Positions 14,866-32,655 are shown, counted from the stretch's first letter. The stretch is 64,000 nt of DNA from a bacterium (GCA_965213685.1 CBDBZY010000016.1:256001-320000); one strand, 5' to 3'. The notes: generated by a model not told the origin, from the sequence alone. Translations and numbers: made by a program.

Positions 14866-16990
14866 ATGGCTGCCTATGGAGACACAGTTGAGAAAGCTGC
14901 CTCCTCCCTCACCCCTCGAGACCTCACCCTCCCTGGTAGGTCCCTCCCTCCTGCCATGCCCCTCATCATATCCACCCAAGACAGGTGGGACCCTCACAGC
15001 TGCAAGCTGGAGACTAACCAGCACAACAGCCAACCACAACACCTACAGATAGTCACAGACACTCTACAGCTGCTGGGAACCATCAACAAGCCTGTGGCTG
15101 TCCTGTCCATCTGTGGTCCCTACCGCTCGGGGAAATCCTACTTCATCTCCCGACTGCTGGGCAGGCCTGGGGCCTTTCAGCTGGGCCACAGGATGCAAGC
15201 CTGTACACGTGGAATCTGGATGGCCACCACTGTCCTGGAGTGTGAGCAGTTTGTCACAATCTTGCTGGACACGGAAGGCATTGATGCCATTAGAGCCTCT
15301 GAGACCATGGATGCAAGCTTGCTGACTGTCACCACACTCCTCAGCTCCTACCTCATCTACAACTCCATGAAGGTGCCCCAGAAGGTGGACCTGGACAAGA
15401 TGAGGTGCTTCACACAGCTCTCCAGGTCTCTTGCAGAAAGGGGAGTCCATGAGGGCAGAGGTCATGAGGAAGTTCTTCCCTCACTTTCTGTGGCTACTGC
15501 GAGACGTGACACTGAAAGTGACAGACAGAGCCGGCCAGACCATCTCGGCCACTGAGTTCCTGCACACTCGTGTGCTGGCATCACAATCTGGCCAGCCTAC
15601 AGAGCTGGGCAAGTCTCTTTGCAGCCTCTTCCCCTCACTGGAATGCCACACTCTTCCCATGCCAAGCATCAACCCCAAAGTCATCAAGAACATTGTGGAG
15701 CAACAGGACAAGCTGAAACCAGCATTCAACAAGGCAGTGGATCAACTGATCCAGCGAATCCTGCAGCAAGTCACGCCCAAGAAAGCCATCGATGGAGTGA
15801 GTGTGGTGGATGGCCCAGCTCTAGCTGCTCTGACCCGTGGCTATGTGGATGCCATCAACACACCAGGAGCAATACCAGACCTGGAACAAGGCTGGCAGGC
15901 CGTTATCAAGTGGAAACTGAAGGAACTATCAGACAAGCTAGTGGAGGAGTACAGGAGAGAGATGGAGGAATGTTTAGGAGACAATCTTCCCATGGAGGAG
16001 AGGAATCTGATGAGAATCCACCAACAGACACTGAACAGGAAAAGGGAGTCACTACAGCAGGAGATCCGTCGACTCAAACCATTGAGTTCCACCTCTGGAG
16101 ACAAAGACCCAATCCTGAGTCAACTGGAGCAGGCAATCAGTCAGACAAACGAGGGGGGTGAGGTGATTGGGGGGGTCCTGTTCCAGTTCACCACTCACAA
16201 CTACTCCAAGTCCAAGCAGCAGTGTGAAGAGGTGCTGATGGAAGCAGTGAAGAGCAGTCGAATTCACAAAAAGTGTCAAGAAGCCTTCATCAACTCACAA
16301 CCACTGGACATAATGGCAGAGATACAGGAGATTGACTGGCAATACCACAGGCAAGCTGTCGGACCAGCAGCCAGTGAAGTGCTGGAGAAAGGCCACAGAG
16401 AACTGAACCAACTGGGAGACTCACTCAAGAGAATTCCTGGCCCACCTAGTGAGGTGAGCGACATTGGACAGGGACCTGATCGAGTGAAGCTGAGCTGGCT
16501 ACCTCCAGAGAAGAACCCTGAGGCTGCTGAGAGCTATGTGGTGTGGAAACAAGAGGAGGGGAAGCAGTGGGAGAGGCTGAGGGAGACAAAGAAGACCAAA
16601 ATCCTCATCACTGGACTGAAGTCAGAGACAAAGTACCAGTTCAGAGTAACAGCCACTAATGACCTGATTAAGAGTGTGGATACAACACAAGCTTCATGGA
16701 CAAATGAGTCAAAAGCTAAGATAGGAGCTCTTGGTGGTGGAGTAGGAGCAGGTTTATTTCTATTGGCCCCAGTTGCAAGTACTATTTGGGCTGTCACTGG
16801 TGAAGACATGATTACAAGAAAAGGAGTAGCCATATCAGTCGCCACTGCACCACTCAGCCTCATATGTGCTCCAGTTACTGTTCCTGTGGGTGGGGTTTGG
16901 CTTGCTAGGACAGCGATCAAGGGTACGTGTGAATGGGGAGACCTGTCCCCAGAGAGTGATGATGAGACATCACGTGACTCCACAGAATGA
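14866..16990 (+). pseudogene. GBP-like gene, leader type A, frameshifted by a 5-bp deletion at ~15431
   Basis: aggtctct[gctcg]tgcag deletion relative to paralogs splits the gene into ORFs 14866-15555 and 15431-16990. Confidence 0.88.
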
Positions 16991-17426
16991 CATGACAATA
17001 CTCTATGGCTAGCTATAGCTGCTCTTGTGTGTACAAGTTCATGTACTCTCATACCCGCCACAATAAACACAACATGCACATGTATTTTGATCTAATTGTT
17101 ATGGAGTGGATGTAACTCAATACAAGCTTTGTTACTATGACATTGTGTTGGCATGGCAACAGCAGACCCTGAGTGAGCATCCATAGTGTGGGTGGAGCCA
17201 GAGAGGTCACCAGTGGGTAGCACACACAGCAGTGATCATCACTGGTTGCCATGACGAGATGGCCTCTGTCCTTATTGTGTAGTTGCCATGTCCCTATGAC
17301 ATGTCGCTGTCCGTACCGGCTTCTGGTGCAATCTGATTGGTCATTTGATTCTTCTCATCACATGATTTGTTTGCATTGTCACGTGACTTGGTTTCTGAGT
17401 TCTGGTTGGTGGCTAAATGGTGGCTG

Positions 17427-20629
<3,203 letters not shown>

Positions 20630-20799
20630 AGCAGCGGAAGAATCGCCACACGGTCTCCGCAAACACGACAACAAAGTATACTGACGTGTACGGTGCGTTG
20701 CATTCCGTATATGTTGAGTATCCGGTAAATGGGTGGGGCTGCAATACGAGTTGCAGCTCCTAGTAGTGTGGCTTGCTGAGCTAGGAGAAAAGCGTAGCG

Positions 20800-22651
<1,852 letters not shown>

Positions 22652-22667
22652 CCTGCGTATTGTGCCA

Positions 22668-22739
22668 TTATCTGTACTGCCACTATTACATCATGGTTTA
22701 AAATTATCTGTACTACCACTATTACATCATGGTTTAAAA
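22668..22739 (+). repeat. 36-bp tandem duplication in the ICAP1 3' end / GBP promoter interval
   Basis: ttatctgtactRccactattacatcatggtttaaaa occurs twice here and once in paralogs. Confidence 0.85.
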
Positions 22740-22909
22740 TTACCAATCAAAACCTACTGCCCATATAAGGATCCCCTGCTGCTACAACCCTGACATGAAT
22801 ATAATTATGGTTTGCTATGCTTAGCAATTCTATAACGTGTAGCAAGAGAGAAGCACTAGAAATCACCACTTTCTCATTGCCTCGCTCCAGTACCAAACAG
22901 CTACCAGCG

Positions 22910-25024
22910 ATGGCTAAGAAGCAGGAAGTTCCCTCCCTCACCCCTCGAGACCTCACCCTCCCTGGTAGGTCCCTCCCTCCTGCCATGCCCCTCATCATCT
23001 CCACCCAAGACAGGTGGGACCCTCACAGCTGCAAGCTGGAGACTCACCAGCACAACAGCCAACCACAACACCTACAGCTAGTCACAGACACTCTACAGCT
23101 GCTGGGAACCATCAACAAGCCTGTGGCTGTCCTGTCCATCTGTGGCCCCTACCGCTCAGGGAAGTCCTACTTCATCTCCCGACTGCTGGGCAGGCCTGGG
23201 ACCTTTCAGCTGGGCCACAGGATGCAAGCCTGTACACGTGGAATCTGGATGGCCACCACTGTCCTGGAGTGTGAGCAGTTTGCCATAATAATGCTAGATA
23301 CAGAAGGTATCGATGCCATTAGAGCCTCTGAGACCATGGCCATGAGCTTGCTGACTGTCACCACACTCCTCAGCTCCTACCTTATCTACAACTCCAAGAA
23401 GGTGCCCCAGAAGGTGGACCTGGACAAGATGAGGTGCTTCACCCAGCTCTCCAGGTCTCTGCTCATGCAGAAAGGGGAGTCCATGAGGGCAGAGATCATG
23501 AGGAAGTTCTTCCCTCACTTTCTGTGGCTACTGCGAGATGTGACACTGAAAGTGACAGACAGAGTTGGCCAGACCATCTCAGCCACTGAGTTCCTGCACA
23601 CTCGTGTGCTGGCATCAGAAGCTGGCCAGCCTACAGAGCTGGGCAAGTCTCTTTGCAGCCTCTTCCCCTCACTGGAATGCCACACTCTTCCCATGCCAAG
23701 CATCAACCCCAAAGTCATCAAGAACATTGTGGAGCAACAGGACAAGCTGAAACCAGCATTCAACAAGGCAGTGGATCAACTGATCCAGCGAATCCTGCAG
23801 CAAGTCACGCCCAAGAAAGCCATCGATGGAGTGAGTGTGGTGGATGGCCCAGCTCTAGCTGCTCTGACCCGTGGCTATGTGGATGCCATCAACACACCAG
23901 GAGCAATACCAGGCCTGGAACAAGGCTGGCAGGCTGTCATCAAGTGGAAACTGAAGGAACTATCACACAAGCTAGTGGAGGAGTACAGGAGAGAGATGGA
24001 GGAATGTTTAGGAGACAATCTTCCCATGGAGGAGAGGAATCTGATGAGAATCCACCAACAGACACTGAGCAGGAAAAGAGAGTCACTGCAGCAGGAGATC
24101 CGTCGACTCAAGCCATTGAGTTCCACCTCTGGAGACAAAGACCCAGTCCTCAGTCAACTGGAGCAGGCAATCAGTCAGACAAACGAGGGGGGTGAGGTGA
24201 TTGGGGGGGTCCTGTTCCAGTTCACCACTCACAACTACTCCAAGTCCAAGCAGCAGTGTGAAGAGGTGCTGGTGGAAGCAGTGAAGAGCAGTGGAATACG
24301 CAAGAAGTGTCAGGAAGCCTTCATCACCTCACAGCCACTGGACATAATGGCAGAGATACAGGAGATTGAGAGGCAATACCACAGGCAAGCTGTTGGACCA
24401 GCAGCCAGTGAAGTGCTGGAGAAAGGCCACAGAGAACTGAACCAGCTGGGAGACTCACTCAAGAGAATTCCTGGCCCACCTAGTGAGGTGGAGGTCGTTG
24501 GAAAGGGACCTGATCGAGTGAAGCTGAGCTGGCAACCTCCAGAGAAGAACCCTGAGGCTGCTGAGAGCTATGTGGTGTGGAAACAAGAGGAGGGGATGGA
24601 GTGGGAGAGGGTGAGGGAGACAAAGAAGACCAAAATCCTCATCACTGGACTGAAGTCAGGGACAAAGTACCAGTTCAGAGTCACAGCCACTAATGACCTG
24701 ATTAAGAGTGTGACTATAACACAGGACTCACAGACATTGTGGTCAAAAGCTAAGATGGGAGCTATTGCTGGTGGTGCAGGAGCAATTGGTCTGTCTCTGA
24801 TGCCAGTTGCACTTGCTATTCATGTTATGAGTGATAAAAAAATGAGTATAAAAATGGCAGTAGCCATATCAGTCGCCACTGCACCAATCAGCCTCATATG
24901 TGCTCCAGTTACTGCTACTGTGGGTGGAGTTTGGTTTGCTAGGCAAATGATCAATTTGTGCTACCACAGTGGAGACCTGTCCCCAGAGAGTGATGATGAG
25001 ACGTCATGTGACTCCACAGAATGA
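22910..25024 (+). CDS. GBP-like GTPase-FN3-hydrophobic-tail protein, leader type B, intact; upstream ATG at 22817
   Basis: Uninterrupted 735-aa ORF with all motifs. Confidence 0.9.
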   Translation: MAKKQEVPSLTPRDLTLPGRSLPPAMPLIISTQDRWDPHSCKLETHQHNSQPQHLQLVTDTLQLLGTINKPVAVLSICGPYRSGKSYFISRLLGRPGTFQLGHRMQACTRGIWMATTVLECEQFAIIMLDTEGIDAIRASETMAMSLLTVTTLLSSYLIYNSKKVPQKVDLDKMRCFTQLSRSLLMQKGESMRAEIMRKFFPHFLWLLRDVTLKVTDRVGQTISATEFLHTRVLASEAGQPTELGKSLCSLFPSLECHTLPMPSINPKVIKNIVEQQDKLKPAFNKAVDQLIQRILQQVTPKKAIDGVSVVDGPALAALTRGYVDAINTPGAIPGLEQGWQAVIKWKLKELSHKLVEEYRREMEECLGDNLPMEERNLMRIHQQTLSRKRESLQQEIRRLKPLSSTSGDKDPVLSQLEQAISQTNEGGEVIGGVLFQFTTHNYSKSKQQCEEVLVEAVKSSGIRKKCQEAFITSQPLDIMAEIQEIERQYHRQAVGPAASEVLEKGHRELNQLGDSLKRIPGPPSEVEVVGKGPDRVKLSWQPPEKNPEAAESYVVWKQEEGMEWERVRETKKTKILITGLKSGTKYQFRVTATNDLIKSVTITQDSQTLWSKAKMGAIAGGAGAIGLSLMPVALAIHVMSDKKMSIKMAVAISVATAPISLICAPVTATVGGVWFARQMINLCYHSGDLSPESDDETSCDSTE

Positions 25025-25516
25025 CATGACCATACTCTATGGCTAACTATAGCTGCTCTTGTGTGTACACATTCATGTACTCTCATACCTGCCACAATAC
25101 ACACAACATGCACATGTATTTTGATATGGAGTGGATGTAACTGACAAGGACAGTTATTGCCAATACAAGCCTTGTTTATATGACATTGTTAGCATGACAT
25201 TGTGTTGGCATGGCAACAGCATATAAATGAGAACCCATCAGTAGTGTGGGTGGAGCCAGAGAGGTCACCAGTGGGTAGCACACACAGCAGTGATCATCAC
25301 TGGTTGTCATGATGAGATGGGCCCCTGTCATCAAATCAACCACAATTATTATGGAGTTGCCATGTCCCCAGCCACAGAGCAATGCTAGCCTCATTCCCAG
25401 GCCTTCCCCCACATGCCAGCACAACACCACACCCAGCATGGTGGAGTGCTTGTGTGTGGAGGGCAGTCTGGGAAGAAGGCTAGAGTGATGTGGATTGAAT
25501 GACCATAAACTAATTA

Positions 25517-25687
25517 TTATACACTGTACATGTAGTGGTGAGTGTTATGAGCACTGCTAGTGATGAGTATCATGACTTGTGTTCCTGTGTTGACTGAGTG
25601 TTGAGGTGATTGTGGTTCTCTTGGCCTGATCCACAGCAGTGGAAACATTCCAATCAAACATCTGATGATGATACCAGCACAGCGACC
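25517..25687 (-). pseudogene. TMEM65-like terminal exon, copy 2
   Basis: Paralog of 12828-12998. Confidence 0.58.
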
Positions 25688-25815
25688 CTGAGACGGGAGA
25701 AGAGGAGGATGAGAAAGAGAGTGAGTACATTAAAACACCAGAGAAAGGAAGGAGAGAGGCAGGCAGGCAGGCAGGCAGGCAAGCAGACAAGCAACCAAGC
25801 AAGTAGGCAGACAGG

Positions 25816-25846
<31 letters not shown>

Positions 25847-27578
25847 CTGTATCCACTTCAGGAGAGAAGCTTCATAGATGCCATAGGGTGGGTAGTATAC
25901 ACAACATTTTGGCTATTATGCCCTCCTCAGTGTGATGTACAAACACGAGAAAGAGGTGCTCCATATTGAGGGTGACTATTAATGTCTGAGCCAGCATGCC
26001 AGGTACTACAGAGCAAGGTTAATTAGGATGCGGAGATAAAATTATGACAAGCATTGTAACATGCTGACAGGAGTTGTGCATGTACAATGCATCACAGACT
26101 ATCGACGCTGAGGTTCATGCCTGTGAGATGAGAGGTCTCCAGGAGCCTTTATATCCACTTGCTCTCCCTATAAAACTCCTGGAGACCTCTCATCCCAATG
26201 TGATAGCGAAGGAACCCCCCAGAGTGAAATTTGGGGTTCCCGGGAATAGCATTCTCTCCAGAGCGCTAGCAAGGCACACACACATCCACTGTAGCACGAC
26301 TGCACCCCATGCCACAGTATCATACATGCCACAATAAACAGAACTCAGAACCACTAATCGTAACTGAAAGTAGTTTACCAAAAATTGCGAGTAGGGGCAG
26401 AGCCTGGGAACGAGCTAGGCTAACAGGGCCTCCCTCTGCTCGAGCAAAGTTGCGCGACCTTGACCTCCGCGGCTTAGCTATGGCGGACGTCAAAAACTAT
26501 GCGCAGTGAAGTATGCGCTTAATAACGAGGTGCGCCTAACAACCGGTGTTTACGGTATTTTCGGAGTTCAAAAATCACTCAACAATATCGCGCGTGTGGG
26601 TCTGAGGACGGGCTAATCCGAACATACACGAAGGTACTATATATATTTCGCCAGGTCGCTTACGTGGCCACTCGGGCCCCCGTATGAATGCGCGCGTGAT
26701 ACAAGTGTACAGCACTCAACTAGCTGGGTAAGAACTTTTTGGACTGTGCAAGTGCTCTTCAAACTCACCTTACTGCAAGAAATCAAAAGAGGTGGCTAAC
26801 GTGCTGCGGTGGCTGACGGGATGTGATATCTTAGACGTGAGCAGTCACTGAGAGATTTTCGTAACTGAACATGCGCACCTTACATCATCATTACACAATA
26901 TCACGTAAGCAATATCCGCCACAGAGAAGCGAACATACGTTACCATACATGGAGTACCACACTCCAAATGCATCACACAGGGCAGCTATAATTATGTGTA
27001 CATGGTACTGCTAGACACATACATACAATATTGAGGAAGGTGAATTGACGTACATGTACAATACAACCTGCTCAGCTTACATTGTCAAACAATGGTCTGT
27101 TCAACTTCAACCCTCTTCAGACATAATTGTTATATCGTTTTTCACTTCACATGATCATGCAGCTCAAAGCATGTCATGTAACTGCAAGTTCATAACTCTC
27201 TAGCTTTTGCCTTGATGGGAGACAAAGTACCTGAACAAGTTCTGCCTGTCCATACTATGAGGAATAGCATATTTCCCTGCATGTATTCAGTAAACATGAT
27301 AGTATGAGAGCGCGTGTATGTGTGTTGCTACAAGATAAGAAGAGTTTCCATACAGCAGTCCTCCTTGTCAAAATCACAGAAGCAGCAGCTCTATAGCCTT
27401 GAGACTCAGCTATACTTTTGGAAACATTGCATGAATGAAGTATCCCATACAACAATATATACACACACTACTCCATTTTGGACATGCACATTGTACTCTA
27501 CTCACTAGCTACTGGTGTCATGTGTACTGCAATGTATATACAGCCCAACTTCCATTCACAGCACAAGTAGTAGGGTAG

Positions 27579-27892
27579 CAGCCACTAATGACATGATTAA
27601 AAGTGTGGCTGCAACGCAAGATTCATGGACAAATGATTCAAAAACTTCAGCAGTAGCTTATGGTGGTATTATAGGAAGTTTGTGCTCACTGGCCCCAGCT
27701 ACACTTGCTATTAGTAGGTTTGGGTTGAGTACAGGAGAAACAGTGACCATATCAGTTGCCACTGCACCTATCAGCCTCATATGTGTTCCAGTTACTGCTC
27801 CTGTGTTTGCAGTTTGGGCTGCTAGGGACATGATCGAGAGAGAGTGTGACTGGGGAGACCTGTCCCCAGAGAGTGATGATGAGATGTCATGA
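27579..27892 (+). pseudogene. Diverged GBP-like tail-only remnant fused to a type-A upstream region
   Basis: 27250-27560 matches the type-A upstream region and then jumps to ATNDMIKSV...WGDLSPESDDEMS*. The GTPase and helical regions are deleted. Confidence 0.8.
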
Positions 27893-28443
27893 CTCCACAG
27901 AGTGACATGTCAATACTCTATGTGTGTACAAGTTCATGTACTCTCATACCTGCCACAATAAACACAATGTGCACATGTACTTATTATGAAGTAGATGTAA
28001 CTGACAGTAACAGTAACTCTTAGAATATTTATCAATACAGACCTTGTTTTCGTGACATTGTGTTGGCATGGCAACAGCAGACTCTGAGTGAGCATCCTAG
28101 TGTGGGTGGAGCCAGAGAGCTCGAGGTCACCAGTGGATAGCACATACAGCAGTGATCATCACTAGCTGGTTGTCATGACAAGATGGGCCCCTGTCATCAA
28201 CCACAATATTATTATTATGGAGTTGCCATGTCCCAAGCCACAGAGCAGTGCTAGCCTCATTCCCAGGCCTTCCCCCACATGCCAGCACAACACCACACCC
28301 AGCATGGTGGAGTGCTTGTGTGTGGGGAGCAGTCTGGGAACAAGGCTAGAGTGATGTGAATTGATACATAGCAAATGACCGTAAACATCATAATAATTAT
28401 ACACTGTAGTGGTGAGTGTTGTGAGCACTGCTAGTGATGACTA

Positions 28444-28563
28444 TCATGACTTGTGTTTCTCTGTGGTGACTGAGTTTTGAGGTGATTGTGGTTCTCTCGG
28501 CCTGATCCACAGCAGTGGGAACATTCCAATCAAACATCCAATGATGATACCAGCACAGCGACC
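28444..28563 (-). pseudogene. TMEM65-like terminal exon, copy 3
   Basis: GRCAGIIIGCLIGMFPLLWIRPREPQ follows a CAG acceptor. Confidence 0.6.
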
Positions 28564-29465
28564 CTGAGACGGGGGAAGAGGAGGATGAGAAAGAGAGTAA
28601 GTAACCAGAGGAAGAGGTACATGTATGAGAGTGGAAGCAGATAAGCAGGCTGGCAGGCCAAAGGCAGGCAGACAGATACAGACAGACATGGAATTTTGAC
28701 TCCATAGAATAACATGACAATGGCTCCTCTTGTGTGGTAGTACAACCTCTTGCACTCTCATACCTGCCATATAGCCTCCCAGGCTCTTTTCGGGCCTGGA
28801 TACGAGGCTAACCTAAACATCACATCAACCAGGTCCTTGCACTACCCCACCAGGCGGGCCACTGAATGTACCTGGCGTCCAACACTGTTGTTACGCTCAA
28901 AATATGCCATTTGCTGACTGAACTAAGTCAAACAATTACATGTACACAATGATCGTATACCCCAGCAGATGGCGGCGGTACTTTAGACCACAGAATATCA
29001 ATGACTAGACATCATTAGCGTATTCTCACAAGCCTCCAATCTACCTGCATATTTACTAGAGATCTATGGACCAGCCAAGAATGCGGATAATTATATCACT
29101 GTTACCTACAATGTACTGCCCACTCGCTACTCGGTGCCCACTACTGAACACCAGCACCGTGTAGCGCCATATACGCTAAATATTGACGGTATAGCTATTT
29201 GCTAAACACCAAAGCTATTTACTAAACATACTAGTAAATATCCCCTATGTACTAGTAAACATACTAGTACATAGGGGATATACCCTTTGCTATATCCCCT
29301 TAAAAAATTAGGGTTTTCAAATTTGGGCCAACAGCACCCCATAATTCTTTGAAGAGTAGTACGTCACAGCATAGATATCTATGGTCACGGCGGTGTGGGG
29401 GAGGTCCCTACGTTTAGAATGCGACGCACAGGTATTAGAGCCCACCAGTAGCTTTGCTCATATGC

Positions 29466-31289
29466 ATGGCTGCCTCTGGAGCCACAGCTGAGGATGTTAG
29501 TGCCTCCTCCCTCACCCCTCGAGACCTCACCCTCCCTGGTAGGTCCCTCCCTCCTGCCATGCCCCTCATCATCTCCACCCAAGACAGGTGGGACCCTCAC
29601 AGCTGCAAGCTGGAGACTCACCAGCACAACAGCCAACCACAATACCTACAGCTAGTCACAGACACTCTACAACTGCTGGGAACCATCAACAAGCCTGTGG
29701 CTATCCTGTCCATCTGTGGCCCCTACCGCTCAGGGAAGTCCTACTTCATCTCCCGACTGCTGGGCAGGCCTGGGGCCTTTCAGCTGGGCCACAGGATGCA
29801 AGCCTGTACACGTGGAATCTGGATGGCCACCACTGTCCTGGAGTGTGAGCAGTTTGCCATAATCCTGCTGGACACGGAAGGCATTGATGCCATTGGAGCC
29901 TCCGAGACCATGGCCATGAGCTTGCTGACTGTCACCACACTCCTCAGCTCCTACCTCATCTACAACTCCAAGAAGGTGCCCCAGAAGGTGGACCTGGACA
30001 AGATGAGGTGCTTCACCCGGCTCTCCAGGTCTCTGCTCGTGCAGAAAGGGGAGTCCATGAGGGCAGAGGTCATGAGGGAGTTCTTCCCTCACTTTCTGTG
30101 GCTACTGCGAGATGTGACACTGACTGTGACAGACAGAGCCGGCCAGACCATCTCAGCCACTGAGTTCCTGCACACTCGTGTGCTGGCATCACAGTCTGGC
30201 CAGCCTACAGAGCTGGGCAAGTCTCTTTGCAGCCTCTTCCCCTCACTGGAATGCCACACTCTTCCTATTCCAAGCATCAACCCCAAAGTCATCAAGAACA
30301 TTGTGGAGCAACAGGACAAGCTGAAACCAGCATTCAACAAGGCAGTGGATGAGCTGATCCAGCGAATCCTGCAGCAAGTCACGCCCAAGAAAGCCATCGA
30401 TGGAGTGAGTGTGGTGGATGGCCCGGCTCTAGCTGCTCTGACCCGTGGGTATGTGGATGCCATCAACACACCAGGAGCAATACCAGACCTGGAACAAGGC
30501 TGGCAGGCCATCATCAAGTGGAAACTGAAGGAACTATCAGACAAGCTAGTGGAGGAGTACAGGAGAGAGATGGAGGAATGTTTAGGAGACAATCTTCCCA
30601 TGGAGGAGAGGAATCTGATGAGAATCCACCAACAGACACTGAGCAGGAAAAGGGAGTCACTGCAGCAGGAGATCCGTCGACTCAAGCCATTGAGTTCCAC
30701 CTCTGGAGACAAACACCCAGTCCTGAGTCAACTGGAGCAGGCAATCAGTCAGACAAACGAGGGGGGTGAGGTGATTGGGGGGGTCCTGTTCCGCTGGCAA
30801 CCTCCAGAGAAGAACCCTGAGGCTGCTGAGAGCTATGTGGTGTGGAAACAAGAGGAGGGGAAGCAGTGGGAGAGGGTGAGGGAGACAAAGAAGACCAAAA
30901 TCCTCATCACTGGACTGAAGTCAGACACAGACTACCAGTTCAGAATCACAGCCACTAATGACCTGATTAAGAGTGTGGCTGCAACACATGACTCATGTAC
31001 AATGGAGTCAAAAGCTAAGATGGGAGCTCTTGCTGGTGGTGTAGGAGCAATTACATTGTCAATGATGCCAGTTGCAGCAGCTATTGCGAATGTGACTGCT
31101 GAAGACATGAGTGGAGGAAAAATAGTAGCCATATCAGTCGCCACTTTACCAATTAGCCTCATATGTGCTCCAGTTATTGCTACTGTGGGTGGAGTTTGGA
31201 TTGCTAGGGAAGTGATCAAGGACGGATGCTACAGTGGAGACCTGTCCCCAGAGAGTGATGATGAGACGTCATGTGACTCCACAGAATGA
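29466..31289 (+). CDS. GBP-like gene, leader type C (MAASGATAEDVS), with an in-frame 309-bp deletion removing the distal helical region and the start of FN3
   Basis: Open ORF. The junction GGVLF-R-WQPP at ~30791 corresponds to loss of positions 1672-1980 of copy 1. It may be non-functional. Confidence 0.75.
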   Translation: MAASGATAEDVSASSLTPRDLTLPGRSLPPAMPLIISTQDRWDPHSCKLETHQHNSQPQYLQLVTDTLQLLGTINKPVAILSICGPYRSGKSYFISRLLGRPGAFQLGHRMQACTRGIWMATTVLECEQFAIILLDTEGIDAIGASETMAMSLLTVTTLLSSYLIYNSKKVPQKVDLDKMRCFTRLSRSLLVQKGESMRAEVMREFFPHFLWLLRDVTLTVTDRAGQTISATEFLHTRVLASQSGQPTELGKSLCSLFPSLECHTLPIPSINPKVIKNIVEQQDKLKPAFNKAVDELIQRILQQVTPKKAIDGVSVVDGPALAALTRGYVDAINTPGAIPDLEQGWQAIIKWKLKELSDKLVEEYRREMEECLGDNLPMEERNLMRIHQQTLSRKRESLQQEIRRLKPLSSTSGDKHPVLSQLEQAISQTNEGGEVIGGVLFRWQPPEKNPEAAESYVVWKQEEGKQWERVRETKKTKILITGLKSDTDYQFRITATNDLIKSVAATHDSCTMESKAKMGALAGGVGAITLSMMPVAAAIANVTAEDMSGGKIVAISVATLPISLICAPVIATVGGVWIAREVIKDGCYSGDLSPESDDETSCDSTE

Positions 31290-31770
31290 CATGACAATAC
31301 TCTATGGCCAGCTATAGCTGCTCTTGTGTGTACACGTTCATGTACTCCCATACCTGCCACAATAAACATAACATGCACATGTATTTTGATATATTATGGA
31401 GTGGATGTAACAGAAATTGAGTTATTTATCAGTATAAGCTTTGTTACTGACATTGTGTTGGCATGGCAACAGCAGAACCTAAATGAGCATCCATTGTGGG
31501 TGAAACCAGATAGGTTACCAATGGGTAGCGATTCCAGTGAATATAGCAGTGATCATCACTGTTTGTCATGACAAGATGGGCCCCTGTCATCAACCACAAT
31601 TGTTATGGAGTTGCCGTGTCCCCAGCCACAGAGCAATGCTAGCCTCATTCCCAGGCCTTCCCCCACATGCCAGCACAACACCACACCCAGCATGGTGGAG
31701 TGCTTGTGTGTGGAGGGCAGATTGTGAACAAGGCTAGAGTGATGTGGATTGAATGACCATAAACTAATAA

Positions 31771-31941
31771 TTATACACTGTACATGTAGTGGTGAGTGTT
31801 ATGAGCACTGCTAGTGATGAGTATCATGACTTGTGTTCCTGTGTTGACTGAGTGTTGAGGTGATTGTGGTTCTCTCGGCCTGATCCACAGCAGCGGGAAC
31901 ATTCCAATCAAACATCCGATGATGATACCTGCACAGTGATC
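31771..31941 (-). pseudogene. TMEM65-like terminal exon, copy 4
   Basis: DHCAGIIIGCLIGMFPLLWI... Confidence 0.58.
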
Positions 31942-32015
31942 CTGAGACGGGGGAAGAAGAGAAAGTGAAAAAGTATAAGTATTCATTTGCAAGCATTGGA
32001 TAGGAGTAAGCATAG

Positions 32016-32655
32016 AAACAAGGGCATTATCTTACATCTGACCAACAAATGTTCTCCATCTCCAAATTTGGGATAAAAGTAACAGACTCCCAAAGGCAGC
32101 GCGTTTTCACCCGCCACCCCCTGCACCGAATAGTGAACATCACCTACTATGAGGACACGTACAAGAAGCACATGCTGGCAGTGAGGGTGTCTGGAGCAGA
32201 GGACGGGCAGCAAGAGCTGCACATTTATGAGAGTGAGAGTGAGGTGAGGAGTGCAGGGAAACCCCTCTCATTAGGACACCCTTAATTAGGACACCTTGAG
32301 AGACAGATCACTATTGCTATCCCATATACCATATCTGTGTTCATGCCAATGAGGACACCATTCTAGTGAGGACAGTCCTTCTTTGTGCCAAGAGTGGTTT
32401 GATTAGAGGGGCTCTATGCTGTGCACCATGTTGCTTGCGTGCTGTAGTGATCCAATTCACTCAGTTATGCATTAACACTTTCACCATCACTCCTTCTCCC
32501 CCTCCCTCACTCTTCCCTCCCTCTCTCCTTCCCTCTCTTGCCACCATCCCCAGGCACAGGCTAAGGACATCTGCCTCACTCTGGCTCAGGCATTTGAGGC
32601 AGTCTACAACAAACTGCAGTTGGAACAGAACCTCCACTCCTCAGACCTCAGATAG
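32016..32655 (+). pseudogene. ICAP1-like 3' fragment (exons 5-6 only)
   Basis: MFSISKFGIKVTDSQRQ... and AQAKDICLTLAQAF... are present. The 5' exons are absent and the start of exon 5 is degraded. Confidence 0.78.

Noticed and set aside
28961-28978. CTCF/YY1-like CCAGCAGATGGCGGC motif (also ~43212)
   Set aside because: A single short motif duplicated with the block, with no independent support and an uncertain host lineage.
29345-29353. GAS-like TTCTTTGAA (and kB-like GGGGAATTTT on the minus strand at ~8707-8716) as immune-inducible elements
   Set aside because: These short motifs are expected by chance and are not conserved across paralogous promoters.
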